Shown here piece by piece: positions 26,804-36,931 of a stretch of DNA of 64,000 nt. Origin of the DNA: a virus. Lineage: Duplodnaviria > Caudoviricetes. The stretch lies in IMG/VR virus record IMGVR_UViG_3300027708_000013; one strand, given 5' to 3'. The notes under the pieces were generated by a model, which ran no database searches, was not told the origin of the DNA, and worked only from the letters and a program-made list of their open reading frames with translations. Each line of letters begins with the position of its first letter. The first letter of the stretch is position 1. The position numbers and the translations under genes were made by a program.

Positions 26804-27913
26804 ATGAACGTTAGCATCTACACACCTGAGTCCTCGGCTCAGGTGTTTCATTATCATCTCAATCGTTGTGTAGGCATTGCGGCTGGCACTTGGAATTACT
26901 GTCACAACATTGATATTTTTTTATCCCAACCCGGGCCACGCATGGCCTGTTTTCAAATACCTTATCCATACGACAGCACTGTGGAACAACAAATAGATCA
27001 AATATATGATCACGTGGATCAAATCTTAATCTTGGGCGCCGAGCTACATCCTAGAACTGTGGATTTTATTCACCGTTACGATAGATCCAAGATCAGCTGG
27101 TTCATTTGTGGAATGTTGGATCGTCCCCTGCAACACAGTAGAACATATCCATTTTTAGATTGGTTTATATCCACTGTACACTTTTACAAAAATGTCAGAC
27201 CCAGTACACTGTACTCTTTAAATTTTAATTGCTCCAAACCGTTGCAGTTTGATGCCTTGCTGGGACGCAAAAAACCACATAGAGATATTGCCTATCAATA
27301 TTTAATTGATCATGACATGATGGATCAAGGTGTGGTAACGTATCTCAATGATGTTTCGGATCAGTTCAACGGCCGTGACCCCGCACGATGGCAGTGGGAA
27401 TCCAAGGGCCTGGCCGGTCATGCAGGTGTACAATGGACAGTGGAACGAGTTGAGTACTACGGGCATAGGATCAGCCTAAGTCAAATTATTCCCATTGATA
27501 TATACAATCAAACTGCCTACAGCCTGGTATGCGAAACTAATTTTGACAATCACTTTGTATTTTACACAGAAAAAACTGTCAAGCCCATTATAGCTCGACG
27601 CCTGTTCGTCATGCTGGGCAATCGATCAGCTTTGGCCAGATTGAGAGATCTGGGATTCCAAACCTTTGACGGCATCATTGATGAAAGTTATGATGATATG
27701 GAATTAACCACTGAGCGACACACAGCCGCAATGCAACAACTTGAATGGTTGTGCCAACAGCCTCAGGCAGAAATCTTAGCAAAAATACAATCTCGCTTGG
27801 ACCACAATTTTAACTTGATGATGTCTCGAGATTGGTATCAACAATTTGCTGAGCCATTTGCAAGAACATTTGTTGAGATTGATCGTACAGTTGGCCGGAA
27901 CCTAAATTCTTAG
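26804..27913 (+). CDS. TEKxxKPI-family protein, glycosyltransferase-like
   Basis: LVCET...YTEKTVKPI...LGFQTFDGIIDESYD; paralog of 35239..36426. Confidence 0.55.
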   Translation: MNVSIYTPESSAQVFHYHLNRCVGIAAGTWNYCHNIDIFLSQPGPRMACFQIPYPYDSTVEQQIDQIYDHVDQILILGAELHPRTVDFIHRYDRSKISWFICGMLDRPLQHSRTYPFLDWFISTVHFYKNVRPSTLYSLNFNCSKPLQFDALLGRKKPHRDIAYQYLIDHDMMDQGVVTYLNDVSDQFNGRDPARWQWESKGLAGHAGVQWTVERVEYYGHRISLSQIIPIDIYNQTAYSLVCETNFDNHFVFYTEKTVKPIIARRLFVMLGNRSALARLRDLGFQTFDGIIDESYDDMELTTERHTAAMQQLEWLCQQPQAEILAKIQSRLDHNFNLMMSRDWYQQFAEPFARTFVEIDRTVGRNLNS

Positions 27914-28892
27914 ACTTACACTCGCACATGATGTCGGCCCACTGCCAATGAGACAGTGCATATTGATTTGCGGCTTGATTCCACATAAAGTCTGAATGGG
28001 CACGTAGTTTTTGTTTTTTATACCCCGATGTCAGTAAGGTATCGAACTCAGGCAAGACTGCGGGATCATGCCCCACCAAGTAATCTTCTCTGCTTTGACT
28101 GTAGTGTACCACAGGACGAACCCCACGCCACGAATCAATTATACGAGCAATTCTATCGTCGGTGGCTTGAATGTAACTTCCACTATGGAGCCAGTGATGG
28201 TGTACATCAAGCACAAGGGCACAATCGTTGGCAAGCTCAAGGCTTGAATCGATTCCCCAGGTGTTTTCGTCGTTTTCGATTGTGATGCAGTTTCTTGCTT
28301 CGGGTGTGAGTCTTTGTAATGTTGATTTAATGCCGGCGGGGCCGCGCCGGCCAGAGATGTGTACGTTGATCTTAAAGTCTTGGAATTGTAAACCGTAGCC
28401 CATCCATCTCGCCATACTTGCATGATATTCAAACTCCTGTATACTTCTATTTACTATTTCATCGCTTTCACTTGCCAACACACAAAACTGTCCCGGGTGG
28501 AAGCTGAGTCGCACATCTAGACGCCTGGCTGTTTCACCAATGGGTGCAAAAATTCGTTCAAGGTGTCGTTGCACATCTGCCTGTTGCCACCAGCCGATCC
28601 AGTCTGCTTCGGTATAACCCTGTAGCATTTCTGATCCCAGTCGCACCATTCTACGTTCAGCGGGCAATGTAGCCACCCGTTCAATCATTTTAACCGCGGC
28701 CGTGGTATTGTGATTCATGATGTCCCACTGGCGCTGTTCAGCTTCAGCAGGATGTTCACGCAACCAACGCATGGTGGTGCTACGTCCGTTTAATTCTCGG
28801 TTGAGGGCATTCACCTTCATGCCTTTTACTTCGGAGGGGTCATCTAGCCATTTGCAGGCAAATCCTAAACGTGGGGTAGTAAATGTAGTCAT
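27810..28892 (-). CDS. uvsE: UV-damage endonuclease
   Basis: RLGFACK, RLSFHPGQFCVL, INVHISG, ITIENDE, LVLDVHH, HYSQ, HSD, MCECKSK. Confidence 0.9.
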   Translation of the reverse strand: MTTFTTPRLGFACKWLDDPSEVKGMKVNALNRELNGRSTTMRWLREHPAEAEQRQWDIMNHNTTAAVKMIERVATLPAERRMVRLGSEMLQGYTEADWIGWWQQADVQRHLERIFAPIGETARRLDVRLSFHPGQFCVLASESDEIVNRSIQEFEYHASMARWMGYGLQFQDFKINVHISGRRGPAGIKSTLQRLTPEARNCITIENDENTWGIDSSLELANDCALVLDVHHHWLHSGSYIQATDDRIARIIDSWRGVRPVVHYSQSREDYLVGHDPAVLPEFDTLLTSGYKKQKLRAHSDFMWNQAANQYALSHWQWADIMCECKSKNLGSGQLYDQSQQMFLQMAQQIVDTNLETSSS

Positions 28893-28898
28893 ACCGCT

Positions 28899-28927
28899 AG
28901 TATAGCAGTATATGAATTTCTGGTCAA
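28899..28927 (-). promoter_or_regulatory. sigma70-type promoter, probably leaderless
   Basis: TTGACC-17-TATACT-6-ATG. Confidence 0.8.
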
Positions 28928-29319
28928 GCAATAAACCCTTGTCCAGTTATCTCATGATACCAAGGGTAAAATGGACCGGGCATAACAAAATACCACAGCC
29001 CCGGTTGGTCAATCCAAGTGGTAGGGGTGCTGGCAAGATGCAAATAACGTGGTAGTACTTCCAATCCATTTACACTAAATTCAACAATTTCCAATGCACC
29101 ACGACATGGTGCCACTATTTCTACGCCAATGCTGACGGGCTCTAACAGATCAAATTTGAAATCAAATAGATTTTCTCCTGCGCCAGTGTACAGATCCATG
29201 GCGTTAATTCTACAATGACTATAAGGTTTGCCGTGACCGACAATGCGTAAGCGTACCAGCAATTGGTCAGCAGTGTCAATAGCCGTAATGTCTGAGAAAT
29301 TGTTCATATCTAGGAGCAT
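28924..29319 (-). CDS. hypothetical protein
   Basis: 131-aa ORF. Confidence 0.6.
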   Translation of the reverse strand: MLLDMNNFSDITAIDTADQLLVRLRIVGHGKPYSHCRINAMDLYTGAGENLFDFKFDLLEPVSIGVEIVAPCRGALEIVEFSVNGLEVLPRYLHLASTPTTWIDQPGLWYFVMPGPFYPWYHEITGQGFIA

Positions 29320-30583
29320 AATCTAAAATGCTGTTTTGTCTGTTGGTTTCAAAAGTCTTTAAGAATCCGACCAATTGTGTTCGTAATGCATCTACATCAC
29401 TGGGTGTAGAATAAGTGGTTAAAAATTGATAGTAATCCAATACTACATTGGCAATAACATCTGGAATAATATCAGACCTACGTATATTGACCTGTTGTGT
29501 TTTTCTTAGATCATATGTTGCAATTAATTGATCAAGTTTGGCCACTATTTCTTGTCGAATGTCGTTGGGTAATAATTCTATACGCAACACCGCAGGTTCG
29601 AATAATATATTACAACTTTCGGCTATGACACGTTTTTCAATCATGTATTCAAACATTTGATCTATTTCATTAACAGTAAAAATGTTTGGTGTTATTCTAA
29701 GGCTAACGTATAATTGAGAATTGTCTCGCAATGCTAAAAATCGATCAATGTTACCAAGTATATTATCAATCTTACCGGGATAGCGTATATAATCATTCAA
29801 CGGAGTAACAGTTTCAATGCTTATGCCTAAATGAAACTCTTTGAATTCCGTGATTAATCGCTCTACTCTGGCATCGTATACCGTGCCATTGGTAGTAGTT
29901 CCTACAATAATGTTTTTGGCCAACCCAGTCTCTATCAGACGTTCGCATATTGTATAAAATGCTGGATCATACAGTGTTTCGCCACCTAAGAAATGTATGT
30001 ATTTCAAATCGGGTATAGTAATCAGTTCTTTAACAAATCTATCCACAGTGGCAGGGTTTCTAGTCCAAGACTGATATGCCACAGGATTGGCAAATTGTAC
30101 AGAATTAAGTTTGTGTAATTTTTTATACTCGGTATGCAGTTGACTACTGGCAACAGGATCGCACATTATGCAGGCACTGTTGCAGGTATTGCCTAAATCA
30201 ATTTGCAAGTCTGTGGGATAGTAATTGCTGTGTCCTTGATTTTGATAACTGTATACAAATCTTTCGTAGTGTGGGCTACTGCGAGCTGTGAGTGCAAAGT
30301 TGTTTGCTTGTATTCCGCTTTTAAGTAATTGTCTTGTGCGTCCATTTAATTTACCAAATGAATCTTCGTAGTAACAAGTCGCACATCCTGAGGGTTTTTT
30401 GCCAGCTAACAAGTCTTGACGTAGCGATTTCATTCTGTCACTGTTGTAAAATTCCATTATACTGGTGTCAGCTAAGTTTACATCATGAGTTTTTGTTTTG
30501 TACCATCTGCATTCTTCAAAACCGCCATCATAGGAGAGGCGCAGGTGGAACCAGGGACTGGAACAAAAAGAATCTTTTAACAT
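29276..30583 (-). CDS. radical SAM enzyme with an extra N-terminal Cys cluster
   Basis: LGNTCNSACIMC (CxxxCxxC), FLGGET, TTNGT; N-terminal C-PW...CR...CATC. Confidence 0.9.
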   Translation of the reverse strand: MLKDSFCSSPWFHLRLSYDGGFEECRWYKTKTHDVNLADTSIMEFYNSDRMKSLRQDLLAGKKPSGCATCYYEDSFGKLNGRTRQLLKSGIQANNFALTARSSPHYERFVYSYQNQGHSNYYPTDLQIDLGNTCNSACIMCDPVASSQLHTEYKKLHKLNSVQFANPVAYQSWTRNPATVDRFVKELITIPDLKYIHFLGGETLYDPAFYTICERLIETGLAKNIIVGTTTNGTVYDARVERLITEFKEFHLGISIETVTPLNDYIRYPGKIDNILGNIDRFLALRDNSQLYVSLRITPNIFTVNEIDQMFEYMIEKRVIAESCNILFEPAVLRIELLPNDIRQEIVAKLDQLIATYDLRKTQQVNIRRSDIIPDVIANVVLDYYQFLTTYSTPSDVDALRTQLVGFLKTFETNRQNSILDYAPRYEQFLRHYGY

Positions 30584-30587
30584 TGAA

Positions 30588-31820
30588 TTAATCTATAATG
30601 CCAAAGTTAGCCCATTTAGCGTCACCCAGTGATACCCAACCTAGAGGACCACCCAGGCTGGGGTTTTCGTTGAACACCACTGTGCCTTTGGGCAGATTGT
30701 CTGTGGGCGGAGAAGGTCTAGTCAAGAATTGCATATTACCCAGCTTCAATTGAGTTACTTCAGTTGTACCATCGGATTTCAATGTAACGTTGTTTTTACC
30801 GTTGCTGCTTAAAATCAAGTCATGGTCTCTTCTGGTACCAAATTGTGCAGTGTTTAAACTGATCTTGCCCAGGCCCAACTCGATCTCTTCATCCCAAACA
30901 CTGAGTGCTGTTGAAGGATCCATGGTGTTGATACCCACACGTCGATTGGTGGTGTACAAGGTTTCACTCAACAGTGTTTCTCCTGCTGTTTGTAAATCTC
31001 TCAGCACTCCCACTGACTGTAGCCTACTGTTGAGCACTGCTGTGGTCAAAGTGTTGCCTTCGATTACCACTCGGTTATCAATGGTGAGTTGAGCAATGTC
31101 TAGAGTTTGTGTTTGTAAATAGTTTAGTATACGATCCTGTGTGGCCGACGATATGGAATTGACATCTTCCAGTATGTTCTGATAAGTTTGACTATTCCTG
31201 GGAATGGAACCTTTGATAATCAAATCGCCATCTATCACAGCATTGCCTCGCACTTCAATTTGTGCGGCATACAGGGTATTTTCAAACACTGTGCCGGCAT
31301 CCATAATGGTAAGTTGGCACTGTGTGGCTCTGTCGTCAATGCCGGTACTGGCAAAGTTGGCCACAACACCACCAGAGATGTTATCCCCGGAGATGCGTAA
31401 TGAATTTAAGTCTATGGCAGATGCTGGTATGCAGGACGGGGCTAGACTAAGGTGTTGACCTTGAGTGTTGAGTACATCAGTGATGGCAGTTTTAACCATG
31501 GGTTCCAAGTCTATTCTGCTGATTTTTTGATCAACCACTGTGCCAACACGAGCTGTGTAATCTGCGTCAATGCGTTCTATGATGGTATTACCAGCGTCAA
31601 TTATGCGAGCATCCAGGCCTGATAAATCTGGTTGAAAGCGGGCCACTTGCTGGTGTACTTCGGTGGTGATGATGGAGTTGATGCGATCTTCGGTGACCAA
31701 TTCCGCGATGCGTTGAGCAACAGTGTCAGCGATAGACACACGTACCTGTTCCTGTACCTGCTGTAATACCTGCTGAGTGATGTCGTTTACTAGGTTTCCA
31801 AAACTGTCATTGAGTGCCAT
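30588..31820 (-). CDS. probable virion tail-associated protein
   Basis: Coiled N-terminus, beta-rich middle (RRVGINT), C-terminal KGTVVFN..P..GGPLGWV..W..FG. Confidence 0.45.
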   Translation of the reverse strand: MALNDSFGNLVNDITQQVLQQVQEQVRVSIADTVAQRIAELVTEDRINSIITTEVHQQVARFQPDLSGLDARIIDAGNTIIERIDADYTARVGTVVDQKISRIDLEPMVKTAITDVLNTQGQHLSLAPSCIPASAIDLNSLRISGDNISGGVVANFASTGIDDRATQCQLTIMDAGTVFENTLYAAQIEVRGNAVIDGDLIIKGSIPRNSQTYQNILEDVNSISSATQDRILNYLQTQTLDIAQLTIDNRVVIEGNTLTTAVLNSRLQSVGVLRDLQTAGETLLSETLYTTNRRVGINTMDPSTALSVWDEEIELGLGKISLNTAQFGTRRDHDLILSSNGKNNVTLKSDGTTEVTQLKLGNMQFLTRPSPPTDNLPKGTVVFNENPSLGGPLGWVSLGDAKWANFGIID

Positions 31821-31832
31821 TGATTTCCATTT

Positions 31833-32576
31833 TTAATCGAATTTAATAGTAATTACGTGCTGGTATCCTTTTGATGTCAATCCCTTGTACATGAGATTTT
31901 TATGAACTAAAAAGCTACCGGCTCCAGCATCAGTGCTGAATTTTGCTAACTGTTTAAAATACATTGTTCTACGAGCAAATTCACCAAAACTCTTTAACGA
32001 ATTAGTGTTTTGCCCTATTGCATAAATCATTGTGGTCCACGCAGCTCTATCTACGCTGTCCCATGAATGATTTTCTAAAAATATCGTTGCGGTGTTACTG
32101 GTTCTTGCTACGGCGGGCTGACTAAATTCACGATCTCGATAATCTTGATTTTTATAGTCCCGTAATGTAGTTATCACGCAACTGTCGGCCAGGTTACAAA
32201 TTTTTGCTATTGATTCTCTTTGACTTTGTTCACAATCACTGTAAGTAAAATACTCATCAACTGCTATCACCAATTGGAATTTCTTGTGATATTTTGACAA
32301 TTCAGTTTCAGGTATATACATAAACTCAATGCCGGACCGGGTCAAATACTCTCTAGCCTCTGAGCTGATGGCAGTTACTGAAACAGGTCGGGCATAATCA
32401 ACAAATAAAAAACTACTGAACCCCACACACAATACAGTGGTGGGAATTAAATTGTGAAATTGTGCAATGTCACTTAGTATATCTTGTTTTTTTGCAACTA
32501 TATCAGCGTGGCGAACATTGTCGCGAATGGCCAATAAATTAGCGTCGCCCACCTTGATAAAATCTTGCATCAACAA
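31833..32576 (-). CDS. methyltransferase-like protein
   Basis: VLCVG motif I-like, FQLVIAVDEYF; TATAAATA box at 32592-32599. Confidence 0.4.
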   Translation of the reverse strand: MLMQDFIKVGDANLLAIRDNVRHADIVAKKQDILSDIAQFHNLIPTTVLCVGFSSFLFVDYARPVSVTAISSEAREYLTRSGIEFMYIPETELSKYHKKFQLVIAVDEYFTYSDCEQSQRESIAKICNLADSCVITTLRDYKNQDYRDREFSQPAVARTSNTATIFLENHSWDSVDRAAWTTMIYAIGQNTNSLKSFGEFARRTMYFKQLAKFSTDAGAGSFLVHKNLMYKGLTSKGYQHVITIKFD

Positions 32577-32591
32577 TCCTTGTTATGCAAA

Positions 32592-32599
32592 TATTTATA
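32592..32599 (-). promoter_or_regulatory. T4-type late promoter box
   Basis: Exact TATAAATA. Confidence 0.6.
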
Positions 32600-33512
32600 A
32601 AACACCACGTGCAAGATCTAACGTAACACAATGAAATCCACCACCCAAGGTACGGCTGTGTCTCAAGGTTCTGGGCACCACTGTAAAATTCTTTTTTAAT
32701 AATGTTTCGATTAACTTGTGTTGTGCCGCATCCACAATCACTGTTTCAGGATCAACCACCAGCATGTTCATGGCTATCCATTTTGATGCGTAGGGATATT
32801 GATAAAAATTCTGTGCCACAACATCATCAATGTATATACATTCCCAATCACGGAATACTCGGGGACAATTGTCCCGATTCACTCGAGATGCATTTAGCAA
32901 TACCAAGCCTTCACGTACAGGAACAATGGTACTGTCAATATGTACACCTGCATAAAAATTACATAGTTCTATTGTAACATCAGGAAACTGTTCACACAAC
33001 CATTCGTATGCTGATCTATTACCAGATGCTGATTCTAAAAATAACCAAGTTGAGCCCAGTCTGCATATATTGGCTGCATCAAGTACCAAACCCTGATCTC
33101 TGGGCATGGTCAACACACGGCCTGCCAACATGGTGACATGTGCCAGTGCTTCTCTCTCCATGTCTCTACAAGGATACATCATGGCACAATCCACCACAGT
33201 GTCTCCCCATACTAAGAATCTATCTCTGGGGCAATAGTTATACATACCTCCAAACTCTTGGAAATTCATCTCTGCCGGGCGCCAAACTTCTACACCATGT
33301 TGTTCCAGTGTGGTGCATAATATGTCAAGATCTTCATTGGCTTCGTCAATGATATGTGGGGCAACTGGCCCAGCTGGCACAGCAGTTTCACGCCACGTGG
33401 TTTTTAAACTTTCTTGAGCAAATACTGGATCTGAGCTGGGCCAATTGGCATGATCTGCTGTGCCCACCACCACACGTTTTAATGAGTCCCATTCATTGAC
33501 TGTATTGATCAT
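32595..33512 (-). CDS. amidinotransferase (glycine/inosamine-phosphate type)
   Basis: NEWDSLKRVVVG, YCPRD, HIDST, GGGFHCVT (catalytic Asp/His/Cys). Confidence 0.92.
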   Translation of the reverse strand: MINTVNEWDSLKRVVVGTADHANWPSSDPVFAQESLKTTWRETAVPAGPVAPHIIDEANEDLDILCTTLEQHGVEVWRPAEMNFQEFGGMYNYCPRDRFLVWGDTVVDCAMMYPCRDMEREALAHVTMLAGRVLTMPRDQGLVLDAANICRLGSTWLFLESASGNRSAYEWLCEQFPDVTIELCNFYAGVHIDSTIVPVREGLVLLNASRVNRDNCPRVFRDWECIYIDDVVAQNFYQYPYASKWIAMNMLVVDPETVIVDAAQHKLIETLLKKNFTVVPRTLRHSRTLGGGFHCVTLDLARGVL

Positions 33513-34031
33513 CTAGACATGACCTGTGATCTGTACTGTATATCTTGGTTCTGTTCCTGTATTGCCGGCCATGTGTGGTGTTGCCCATGGCCACTCTATC
33601 ACTGTGCCCGCAGACCAAGGAGCTATATCCTCACCAGCACATTCGCTCGAGTGTCCTGGTTTCCATGCTTCTAAAAACACTATGGCACGTCTTATGGTGT
33701 GTTCACGACCCGCCAAGTTGAATAAATCAATGTATCGCACATACCGATCTTGATGTGTGGGCAATACAGTACCCGGCATCATTCTGTAGTAACTGGTGCC
33801 GATATCTTGCCATCCGTAACGTGTGAACAGGTCGATGAATCTTTGATTCCATCTTGGCTGTGGCTTACGCATGTCACACATGTCTCCGGTGACATTGGTA
33901 TATCCCTGACACCGCCACGAGGCCAGTTGTTCAGGGTCGTTGAACAGTTCTTGTGTATATTCTAGATCTCGGTATTCCCCGTTGGTCCAAAACGGAGTTA
34001 TCGAATATCTATTGTAATCTTGTATTGCCAT
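33513..34031 (-). CDS. 2OG-Fe(II) oxygenase-like protein
   Basis: HQD...H...R facial-triad pattern. Confidence 0.75.
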   Translation of the reverse strand: MAIQDYNRYSITPFWTNGEYRDLEYTQELFNDPEQLASWRCQGYTNVTGDMCDMRKPQPRWNQRFIDLFTRYGWQDIGTSYYRMMPGTVLPTHQDRYVRYIDLFNLAGREHTIRRAIVFLEAWKPGHSSECAGEDIAPWSAGTVIEWPWATPHMAGNTGTEPRYTVQITGHV

Positions 34032-35235
34032 AGTGTACCACTGTTATTCCTGTGTTGGGTGTTGTGTAGGTTCTCCAAGGGTCAATAATCACGCTGGGAG
34101 GTTCTATCGCACAATATAATTTTTGTTCTTCCGTAACCCCACTGTAGCCATAGGTCACTTGCTGATTATGAGCCAATAACACTATACCTCGTATGCTGTT
34201 GGGAGTTGAAGGTTCTGTCAATGGATCAATATATGTCGGAGTAATACCAAATTCTTGTAGATAATGTCCCACTAATAAACTGTAACTGCCTTCTGTGTAT
34301 GACACTCCTGGTTTATATGCCCGACCGTGTATGTACACCGGTGCTGGGTCAGCATTGTAATACTGACAAACAAAGTTGGCCATGTTGCGAGCCTGCTGTT
34401 CTCTTGCTGTCATGATGGTGTCAAAAATATCGTAGCCAAGATCCAAGCGTTCTGCAAGATAACGCAAGGCAATGTTATCTCTTGGATGACATGGCCCTGC
34501 ATCTCCCATTCCTGCTGTCATGTATTTGGGGCCCATGATACGCATGGTACTTTTAGCCAAGGCATCGGTTACTACATCAACGTTGATATTGCCTTGACGC
34601 ACAGCAACATCCTGTATCATGTTTACCAAACCAATCTTTGCGGAGATGAAGGTATTATAAAACACCTTGATACATTCAGCTTCGTCCCACGTGCCCACTA
34701 CGTAACGTGGATTGTTTTCCATTAATGTATTATAGAAATCGGTTAACAAGCGAGCATCACCAGTCTCACTTCCGTCTTCTGTACCAATTATAACCATCTC
34801 GGGGTTAACCATGTCCCATTCTACTGAACCCATGGCGATTAAATATGGGTTATAAATGAAACGTGCATTGGTAATGTTCTTCTTCAGTTCTCTCCGTGTA
34901 GTGCCGGGTAGAACTGTGGAGATAAGTACCACTAGTTGGTCCTGTGTTGCAAATTCATTTACTTGTTTGAGTACTGCATTTACTATTGTATAGTCAAAGT
35001 CTCTATTTGCCAAATGAGCAATGGGTCGCTCTCCGCCATACGCAACATCATGTGGAGTTGGCACTGCAATAAAGATTAGTTCTTTCCCCTCTACTGCTTG
35101 TTGCAGTGTAGCGGCAATTTTTATACGACTACTGGTGACTGGATAAATATCGTAGCCGGTTACTGTGTGTTTGCTTGCCATTGTTTCGGCACAGGCCAGC
35201 CCTAATTTTCCAATTCCTATAAAGCCTACGTTCAT
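34009..35235 (-). CDS. UDP-glucose/GDP-mannose dehydrogenase family protein
   Basis: GFIGIGKLG, IAVPTP, ISTVLPGT, KVFYNTF, GDAGPCHPRD. Confidence 0.92.
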   Translation of the reverse strand: MNVGFIGIGKLGLACAETMASKHTVTGYDIYPVTSSRIKIAATLQQAVEGKELIFIAVPTPHDVAYGGERPIAHLANRDFDYTIVNAVLKQVNEFATQDQLVVLISTVLPGTTRRELKKNITNARFIYNPYLIAMGSVEWDMVNPEMVIIGTEDGSETGDARLLTDFYNTLMENNPRYVVGTWDEAECIKVFYNTFISAKIGLVNMIQDVAVRQGNINVDVVTDALAKSTMRIMGPKYMTAGMGDAGPCHPRDNIALRYLAERLDLGYDIFDTIMTAREQQARNMANFVCQYYNADPAPVYIHGRAYKPGVSYTEGSYSLLVGHYLQEFGITPTYIDPLTEPSTPNSIRGIVLLAHNQQVTYGYSGVTEEQKLYCAIEPPSVIIDPWRTYTTPNTGITVVHYGNTRLQ

Positions 35236-35238
35236 TTA

Positions 35239-36426
35239 ATGTTTTCCTTAGACAAATTTTACCACATACTACACGATAACCTAATATCACATTTACCACA
35301 CAGTGAATCATTTTGGTGCTATCCTTTTGGCACTTATGATGGTTATGAATCAATTACACAACCAAACCCTCATCAACCAAAAACAAATTTTCAATTTTAT
35401 TTTTATGATCAAGAACCATATTATGACTTTAGTTTAGATATAATTAAAAATTATATTGAAAACTCGCATAGACGAATGAATCGTTTTTGCATACTGGCCA
35501 ATAGTGAACATTCAGAATTAAAAACTCAATTCATCAACTACAATGAATATTACGATTGGTATTATTTTTTTCACGGTTTTGTGGCACTAGATTGGTATCG
35601 AGATTTTCAATATATGAATCCAAATTCATTTAATCAGTTTGATAAAGTATTTATATGTTACAATCACCTGACTAGTAAATTTCGATCTTATCGTTTACAT
35701 CTTGTGTCTAATTTGATACTGCAGGATTTAATACCATATGGTAGAGTAAGTTTATTCCTTGACGATAGCACAGGTACATGGCAACAAGCAATACAAGATC
35801 CTGAAAGTCTTTTAGACTCTCGAGCTAAAATTAAAATATACACGGCGCTTAAAGATCGCACTGAACCGTTGACCATAGACACTGCTACTCCAGTGGGCAA
35901 TTTAAGTGCCACGGTTAATTTTAAAGATTTAACCAGTGCGTTATGGCATATAGTTACTGAAACTGTGTACTTTGACAGTAAACTACATCTAACAGAAAAA
36001 ATATTTAAACCCATTGTTGCTCGGCGTCCGTTCATACTTGTAGCAGCTCCGGGTAATCTTGCCTATTTAAAAAGTTATGGCTTTCGCACATTTGATCGTT
36101 GGATAGACGAAAGTTACGACCAAGAAACTGATCATTACTTAAGAATAGAAAAAATAACAGAGGAAATAGCAAAATTGTGTGCCCGTGAACCCAGTGATTT
36201 GATCATGATGCATGAAGAGATGCAAGAGGTATTGGAATATAATTTCAATCACTTTTATATAACATTTAAAGATCTTATAGTAGACGAACTAGTAGATAAC
36301 TTTGAACAAGTGATTGATCAAATAAATTGTACACCAACTCCAATGGTACATGTTGTTCAACCACACCAACATATTGATTTTCCAGAAAACTATTTGGCAG
36401 AAGTTAAAAAACGTCTTAAGCAATAA
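35239..36426 (+). CDS. TEKxxKPI-family protein, glycosyltransferase-like
   Basis: HIVTET...LTEKIFKPI...GFRTFDRWIDESYD. Confidence 0.55.
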   Translation: MFSLDKFYHILHDNLISHLPHSESFWCYPFGTYDGYESITQPNPHQPKTNFQFYFYDQEPYYDFSLDIIKNYIENSHRRMNRFCILANSEHSELKTQFINYNEYYDWYYFFHGFVALDWYRDFQYMNPNSFNQFDKVFICYNHLTSKFRSYRLHLVSNLILQDLIPYGRVSLFLDDSTGTWQQAIQDPESLLDSRAKIKIYTALKDRTEPLTIDTATPVGNLSATVNFKDLTSALWHIVTETVYFDSKLHLTEKIFKPIVARRPFILVAAPGNLAYLKSYGFRTFDRWIDESYDQETDHYLRIEKITEEIAKLCAREPSDLIMMHEEMQEVLEYNFNHFYITFKDLIVDELVDNFEQVIDQINCTPTPMVHVVQPHQHIDFPENYLAEVKKRLKQ

Positions 36427-36470
36427 ATACTTGAAATAGAACAGTTGAAACTGTCAAACAAGGATCTGGA

Positions 36471-36752
36471 ATGGGTGATATATTTAAGGTCATAGGCGAT
36501 CTAGGAATGCCAGTGGTTGCAGCATTGGCGGGAGGATACTTTGTGTATCTCACATTGAAATTGTTATTGGCTGGAGTACTCAGCAACATCAAAAGCATGG
36601 CCGGTATCATTACAGCCCTGGACAATAGAGTTAAAACAATGAATCATGATGTCATAAGAATTGACACTGTGGTGTCAAATGCACTAGGATTAAAACCAGA
36701 TGTAGAACGCATTAGTCGTGCAGATGGTAAGTCAGATGCGAGACGCGACTAA
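36471..36752 (+). CDS. small membrane protein, paralog of 36931..37242
   Basis: TM helix plus LDNRVKTMNHDVIRI. Confidence 0.7.
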   Translation: MGDIFKVIGDLGMPVVAALAGGYFVYLTLKLLLAGVLSNIKSMAGIITALDNRVKTMNHDVIRIDTVVSNALGLKPDVERISRADGKSDARRD

Positions 36753-36931
36753 TGAAACACTGGGACTACGAGTGGGACATTTACCCTAACTATCTACTAA
36801 TAGATCGCGAGTTAAATTTAGATTGCTTGGGATGGAAAGCAGGAGATCTATTTAGACTTGAAAATTATAATGGTCAGCCCATGCTTAAAAAAGTTGACCC
36901 TGTGGAAAAATTTGTAAGAGGATACGAGTAA
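36752..36931 (+). CDS. small hypothetical protein (not in the supplied track)
   Basis: 59 aa, MKHWDYEWD...; TAATG overlaps at both ends. Confidence 0.6.
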   Translation: MKHWDYEWDIYPNYLLIDRELNLDCLGWKAGDLFRLENYNGQPMLKKVDPVEKFVRGYE

